A stretch of 64,000 bases of DNA from Eledone cirrhosa (Eukaryota): the NCBI GenBank assembly GCA_964016885.1, contig OZ024750.1, forward strand, positions 18,476,001-18,540,000. The letters are read 5' to 3'. The translations under genes and the position numbers were made by a program. Position 1 is the stretch's first letter; the number at the start of each line of letters is the position of its first letter. The notes under the pieces are model-generated. The model ran no database searches and was not told where the DNA came from. It worked only from the letters and a program-made list of their open reading frames with translations. Positions 58,017-64,000 of this stretch are shown piece after piece.

Positions 58017-61000
58017 GCAGTAATTATACCCTGACATTTAACATACCTCATCTGTTTAGAATATAAAATATCTTTACTACTAACTTTATGTCAAATATTT
58101 GATTTTGTTTATTTTTTGACTTGATACTGCACGAGTTTGTGTGTGGTGTGTGTGGTGTGCGTGTGCGTGGTATATGCTGTGTGTGTGTGTGTGTGCGTGG
58201 TATGTGTGCTGTGTGATGTGTGTGTGTGTGAGGCGGAGGGAGGAGAATTGAGATATTAATATGATTGTTTATAAAAATCAAAGCAAAAAAATATGAAAAT
58301 AGATTTCATCTAAAGTAAATAAATATGAAGTTTAATATAGTAATCTATCAACAACTTGGAATTTACAAATATCTAATTTATTAAATCCACATCTAAACAC
58401 TACTGCTGCTGCAAGGTAGACTTAAGTCTACCTCAATATATATGATTCAGCTAGTTAATCCTTTAGCATTTAAACTAGGTGTATCCGGCCAGAATTCTCT
58501 CACCTCTTTCTGTTCAAAGTGGCCGTAACTGGCCACTCATACTGATGTTAAGGTATTGTTATCATACTGATAAGGTATTGATATTATGCAAGATATGTAA
58601 GATAAAGCCTTTACTGCGAAAATAGAATAGTAAATATAGAGTAATGTAAATGCTAAAGGGTTAAGGTAGAAGGCATCATTATTGTTCCTACCTGTGGTAA
58701 ACCCCTACACCTCAAGGATGTTAGTGACTGAGAAACGAATCTCTTTCAATGTAAGTTTCCAAAGGCTGCTGATACCAGCCCGCTATAAATTGGCTATGGT
58801 TCTATGAAACAAAACCATCCACTTTAAAAGGTTCCTATTTAGATGAAAACCTTTCAACATAATTGTATTAACCCTTTAGCATTTGCATTATTCTATATTT
58901 ACTAATATATTTTCACAGAAAATGGATTTCCCTCACACAATATCGAATCTATGAGATTTTGATATTATTTATGTTGAGAACAATACCTTAACATCAGAAT
59001 GAGCAGCCAGTTACGGCTGATTTGAACAGAAAGAGGCGAGAGAATTCTGGTCAGATAGCGCCAGTTTAAATGCTAAAGGGTTAAGTTATGTTACAAATAC
59101 CATCTTAATAATAATAAAATATATAATTTTATTAAATCCTTGCAAATTCTCCATTAATTGACTTTGTTCATGACTTTGGCGTGGTTTTTTTCTGGCTGGA
59201 TACCATTCCTACCACCAACCACTTAACACTATGGACTGGGAGCATTTTTTCAGGCCACCAGCAGTAGAGGAGCTCTCATATTTTAAGAGTTTCCTTTACA
59301 CTGTATCAGTTTTTATTTGGAGTTACTGCTCTCCTAGATGGGTTGCCTTCATTATGGTTTATGGGGCCAATGTTCAACCTACTTACAAAAGGGTTAAAAC
59401 AAGAGTAAGGCATGATGGTTATGTAATTGCAAGACATGGACATTGAATGACGAAAACGAAGGAAAAAAAAATCTGTTAAATATATAAATATAATCTGTAT
59501 GCATGATGGAGCAAGAGAGAGAAAGAGAAAAAGGGAGAGAGAGAATAGCTGATATCGACAATGTTAGCTGATGTGTAGCAGGAAAGATAGCCACACTACT
59601 TTGAACATGAGGTATGTATGAACTAATGAACTTCCACCTGCAAGATAAAGTGAAACTGGTAGAAGCTGATAACAGAAGATAACTGTAATAGATGCAGATA
59701 TGGTAGGGAAGGAGTGATGGGGGTCACACCTGAAGTTGGTGGGTCTCATAAATAAGATGACACTGAGTGAGATTTCTTTTTGCAACACACACACACACAC
59801 ACACACACACACGATACCATGTGACTACACCTACCTTGAATACACAGCAGAGACAACTTTGATTTGATACACCACGATTCCATCTCAGAATGATAAAACT
59901 CACCCAGTACACTCTGTAAAGTGGTAGTGTTGTGCCAATAAAATGCACCCAGTACACTCTGTAAAGTGGTAGTGCTGTGCCAATAAAATGGATCCAGTAC
60001 ACCCTATAAAGTAGAAGTGCTAGTTTCACAAAATACACTGAGTACATTGTAAAGTGGTAGTGCTGGTGCCATGACTAAATATTCCCAATGTACATTGTAA
60101 GGTGGTTGGTGTAAGGAAGGGCATCCAGCCAGAAGAAACCATTGCAGATATGAAATGGAACAGCAAGGTGTTGTCTCTTCGACCCATTTAAGTTCATACC
60201 ATGACCTGTTCAAGCCATACCAGCATGGATAATGGACATAAAATGATTGGTTGATAGATTAGTGGATGGCTAGAGCATGCATGTATGTATATAGGCATAT
60301 ATATAGATCAATGTGAGTATGTATGTGTATATATACATGTCCAGGAGAGATGACCCCTTAGCTTTTGTCAAGGCAGAATTCTAGGAGAAGGAAAACTCTG
60401 ATATAACACCTGCAACCCTGATGGTATCCAATGATGTTGACTTGTTCTTTTTGGTAAATATCATCTTGGTTAAGAGAGTGGGACTGGCTTTGTGCAGTGC
60501 TTTGCTCACTATAAAAGCTTCACGGCACAGGCATTGCTTTATATCTGGAGATCTCTCTGCACTTGTCATCACAGGGTACAATGGACCCAACACTATGTGT
60601 CAATAATTGTCACAAGTGTAGTGTTTGTACCAGAGTTTTCAAGTCGCTGGCTGGACTAAAATGTCACACTCGTTCAGCGCATCGGTAGGGGTTCTCCTAC
60701 ATGGATATAAAGTAGTGGCCGTACTCGAAAACGAGTTGGCAGCCACCATGTATGTATGTGCGAGTTCAAATGAATGAAAATAGCAATGAACATATAATAT
60801 GGAAGTTTATATATATATATATATATATATATACATACATACATACAAATATACATACATATATACATACACATGTTTTATTAGGATGCTCTTCCTAATG
60901 CCAACCATATTTACAGTGTGTGTGCTGGAAATTCTTTATAGTGTGGACTGGGCACCTTTATCGTGTCACCGACACAACACAGTGGGGCCTGGGCACGTTT

Positions 61001-61307
61001 GTCTTGGGAATCATCATCATCATCAACGTTTAACGTCTGTGTTCCACGCTTGCATGGGTTTGGACGGGGGTATTCCCACTCGAGGCAAGAGTGATTGTCT
61101 TGCTCGCATAGGACTGTCTGGCAGGTTTTCTACAGTTGGATGCCCTTCCTAACACCAACCACATTTACAGTGTGGGTCTGGGAGGTTTTTACCGTGTTGC
61201 CTACACGGCCACATTACAGCGTGGACTGTGTGTTTTTGTCGTGACACCTACACGATCTCATTTGTTTCGGCCTGGATGTTGTGGCACCAACATAACTTTA
61301 CATAGGA

Positions 61308-61348
<41 letters not shown>

Positions 61349-61414
61349 ATTTCTGAGAGGAAGCAAAGGAAAAAAAAGAGTGCTCTATGTAGAGAACAGA
61401 GCTATTTAATTAGG

Positions 61415-61468
61415 AAGTTAACACAATGTATAACTACTCCATGGAGTAGTTATACATTGTGTTAACTT
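61415..61468. repeat. Perfect 54-bp palindrome with no spacer
   Basis: AAGTTAACACAATGTATAACTACTCCA|TGGAGTAGTTATACATTGTGTTAACTT. Confidence 0.9.
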
Positions 61469-61748
61469 TCTATATATATATATATATACATATATATACA
61501 CACATACATTGCTTGGCTATACGTTTCAGGTTTTTGTTGATTAGATATTTAGTGGATAATTTATCTTCTAATGGACATTATTTTCTGTGTTAATTGTTGT
61601 TTTTCTGTAACTGAGTAATTATATTTAGTTTGTACGGTGTCTTGGCTAGTTTAGGTGTGTTGGGTTTGTTTACTTTATTTTGTTGTTCAGTTAAGTTATA
61701 TATAGAGTTACATAAGAAAATAAATTAAATATACATACATATATGATC

Positions 61749-61789
<41 letters not shown>

Positions 61790-61915
61790 GCATACACAGA
61801 CAGTCAGATGCACACATGCATACACTCAGACACACTCAGACAGGCAGAAACACACACACATGCATACACACACTCAGGCACGCAAACACACACATACATA
61901 CATATACATACACAC

Positions 61916-61946
<31 letters not shown>

Positions 61947-62298
61947 CATATGCATACACACATATATATACTGGATATACATGCATAATAATAATAATGA
62001 AATATTGTGCACAGTGCTCAGGTGCACTACAACTCATCAAAAAGTGTATGTATAGTACATAGGGTAATGTACAAACGTCAGGAAAATGAACAGTGCATGA
62101 GTCATGATATACACATGTGTGCATGTGTATGGAAGGGGTACATCAGGTGTAGTGTTGGCGAATTTCGGGAAGCATGAGTGTCTTAAAGGATGCAGTGTCT
62201 CGGCAGCTAACAACTGACGCAGGCAGTTTGTTCCATGCTTCAGCAACTCTGAGCGTGAAAAAATATACACACATATACACATACAAGCAGAGAGAGAG

Positions 62299-62339
<41 letters not shown>

Positions 62340-63037
62340 GAAAGAGAGAGAGAGCAGTAAGTTTGTGTATTTTGAAATGATAAATTACATTTTAATGTGT
62401 GCATTAGATAGAGATAATCTCTCAGCAGATCAACTGTGATAAAGTCATACAACAGATTCTCATCATTGCCAACATTTATATTGATGTGCTTTTCACTCAA
62501 CACTGTATTACACCATACCCCCCCCCCTCCACTGCTAACACCATACCTCCACCCCCTCCCTTCACTGCTAACACCATGCCTCTTCCTTCTCCATCTCTTC
62601 ACTACTAACACACCATACCTCCCCCTTCACTACTAACACCATACCTTAATCTCCCCTTTTACTGCTAACACCATACCTCCACCGCCGATACTGTACTACA
62701 CTTTACTTCCTCTTCCCCATTCATCCTCTCCACTGCCAACACCGCACTACCTCTTATCTTGCCCCCACCCCCTCCCCCCACCACCAACACTTTCTACCAT
62801 TCCTCACACCACCACCACCACACCATTCCTGAATCTTTGTTTACTCAAGGTTGCCAGAAATGTTTTTAAACTACTGAATACTTTCAGTTTAAAATTGGTG
62901 TTTTATTCCACACACACTCTCTCTCTCTCTCTCTCTCTCTGCCTCTCTCTACTAAAACTCAGGTAAGGCTCACAATGGAGTAAGGTGGGTACTTCCTTAC
63001 CAACACCTACCAGCCCCTCTCACCACTGCCAACAAGG

Positions 63038-63178
<141 letters not shown>

Positions 63179-63985
63179 AACATCAACACTGTCCTAGATC
63201 TGGGGGCAGTACTCCATTATAAGTTAAGGATGTCTGTATGTGTAACATCAACACTGCCCTACATCTGGGGGCAGTACTCCATTATAAGTTAAGGATGTCT
63301 GTATGTGCAACATCAACACTGCCCTACATCTGGGGGCAGTACTCCATTATAAGTTAAGGATGTCTGTATGTGCAACATCAACACTGCCCTACATCTGGGG
63401 GCAGTACTCCATTATAAGTTAAGGATGTCTGTATGTGCAACATCAACACTGCCCTACATCTGGGGGGCAGCACTCCATCATGGGTTAAAGATGTCTGTAT
63501 GTGCAACATCAACTCTGCCCTACATCTGGGGGCAGCACTCCATCATGGGTTAAAGATGTCTGTATGTGCAACATCAACTCTGCCCTACATCTGGGGGCAG
63601 CACTCCATCATGGGTTAAAGATGTCTGTATGTGCAACATCAACACTGCCCTACATCTGGGGGGGCAGCACTCCATCATGGGTTAAAGATGTATGTGCAAC
63701 ATCAACACTGCCCTACATCTGGGGGGCAGCACTCCATCATGGGTTAAAGATGTCTGTATGTGCAACATCAACTCTGCCCTACATCTGGGGGGCAGCACTC
63801 CATCATGGGTTAAAGATGTCTGTATGTGCAACATCAACACTGCCCTACATCTGGGGGCAGCACTCCATCGTGGGTTAAAGATGTCTGTATGTGCAACATC
63901 AACTCTGCCCTACATCTGGGGGCAGCACTCCATCGTGGGTTAAAGATGTCTGTATGAATGTAACAACACTGTCCCAGATGTAGGA
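63179..63985 (+). repeat. 65-bp minisatellite, about 12 units, two sequence subtypes
   Basis: Unit CATCAACACTGCCCTACATCTGGGGGCAGTACTCCATTATAAGTTAAGGATGTCTGTATGTGCAA. The first 4 units end TATAAGTTAAGG and later units end CATGGGTTAAAG. Confidence 0.92.
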
Positions 63986-64000
63986 ACACTATCATATTCT

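Noticed and set aside
58692-58801. Candidate upstream coding exon of the ASB gene (minus strand, AG...GT bounded)
   Set aside because: It has an in-frame TGA in the phase needed to join 57201. At most it is a 5'UTR exon, which cannot be confirmed here.
60341-60412. Possible HDV-like ribozyme at an RTE 5' end (GGAGAAGGAAAACTCTG motif)
   Set aside because: The nested double pseudoknot could not be built by eye and no RTE ORF follows.

Overview
AT-rich, microsatellite- and SINE-dense animal genomic DNA with spliceosomal GT-AG introns. The repeat families suggest an octopus or other coleoid cephalopod; this is an inference. Four protein-coding genes can be read by hand. (1) NOL12/RRP17 on the minus strand, with its 3' end outside the window. 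(2) Head-to-head with it, a complete 12-exon F8A1/HAP40 (huntingtin-associated protein 40). (3) A 26-exon SPRTN/Spartan-like metalloprotease gene (24890-46277) with an unusual architecture: SprT protease (HEMIH) plus zinc-binding domain, a long K/T/S/P-rich linker built from tandemly duplicated phase-1 micro-exons, and a second zinc-binding domain at the C-terminus where SHP/PIP/UBZ would normally be. (4) An ankyrin-repeat/SOCS-box (ASB-type) gene on the minus strand. The most striking non-coding structures are two unrelated long fold-back inverted repeats (21030-21685 and 49966-50249). Each carries a type I hammerhead-ribozyme motif in both arms, one per strand. The first pair is intact. The second is degenerate and abuts a decayed Penelope-like element (RT plus GIY-YIG). 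Most long ORFs in the supplied track are low-complexity artefacts.
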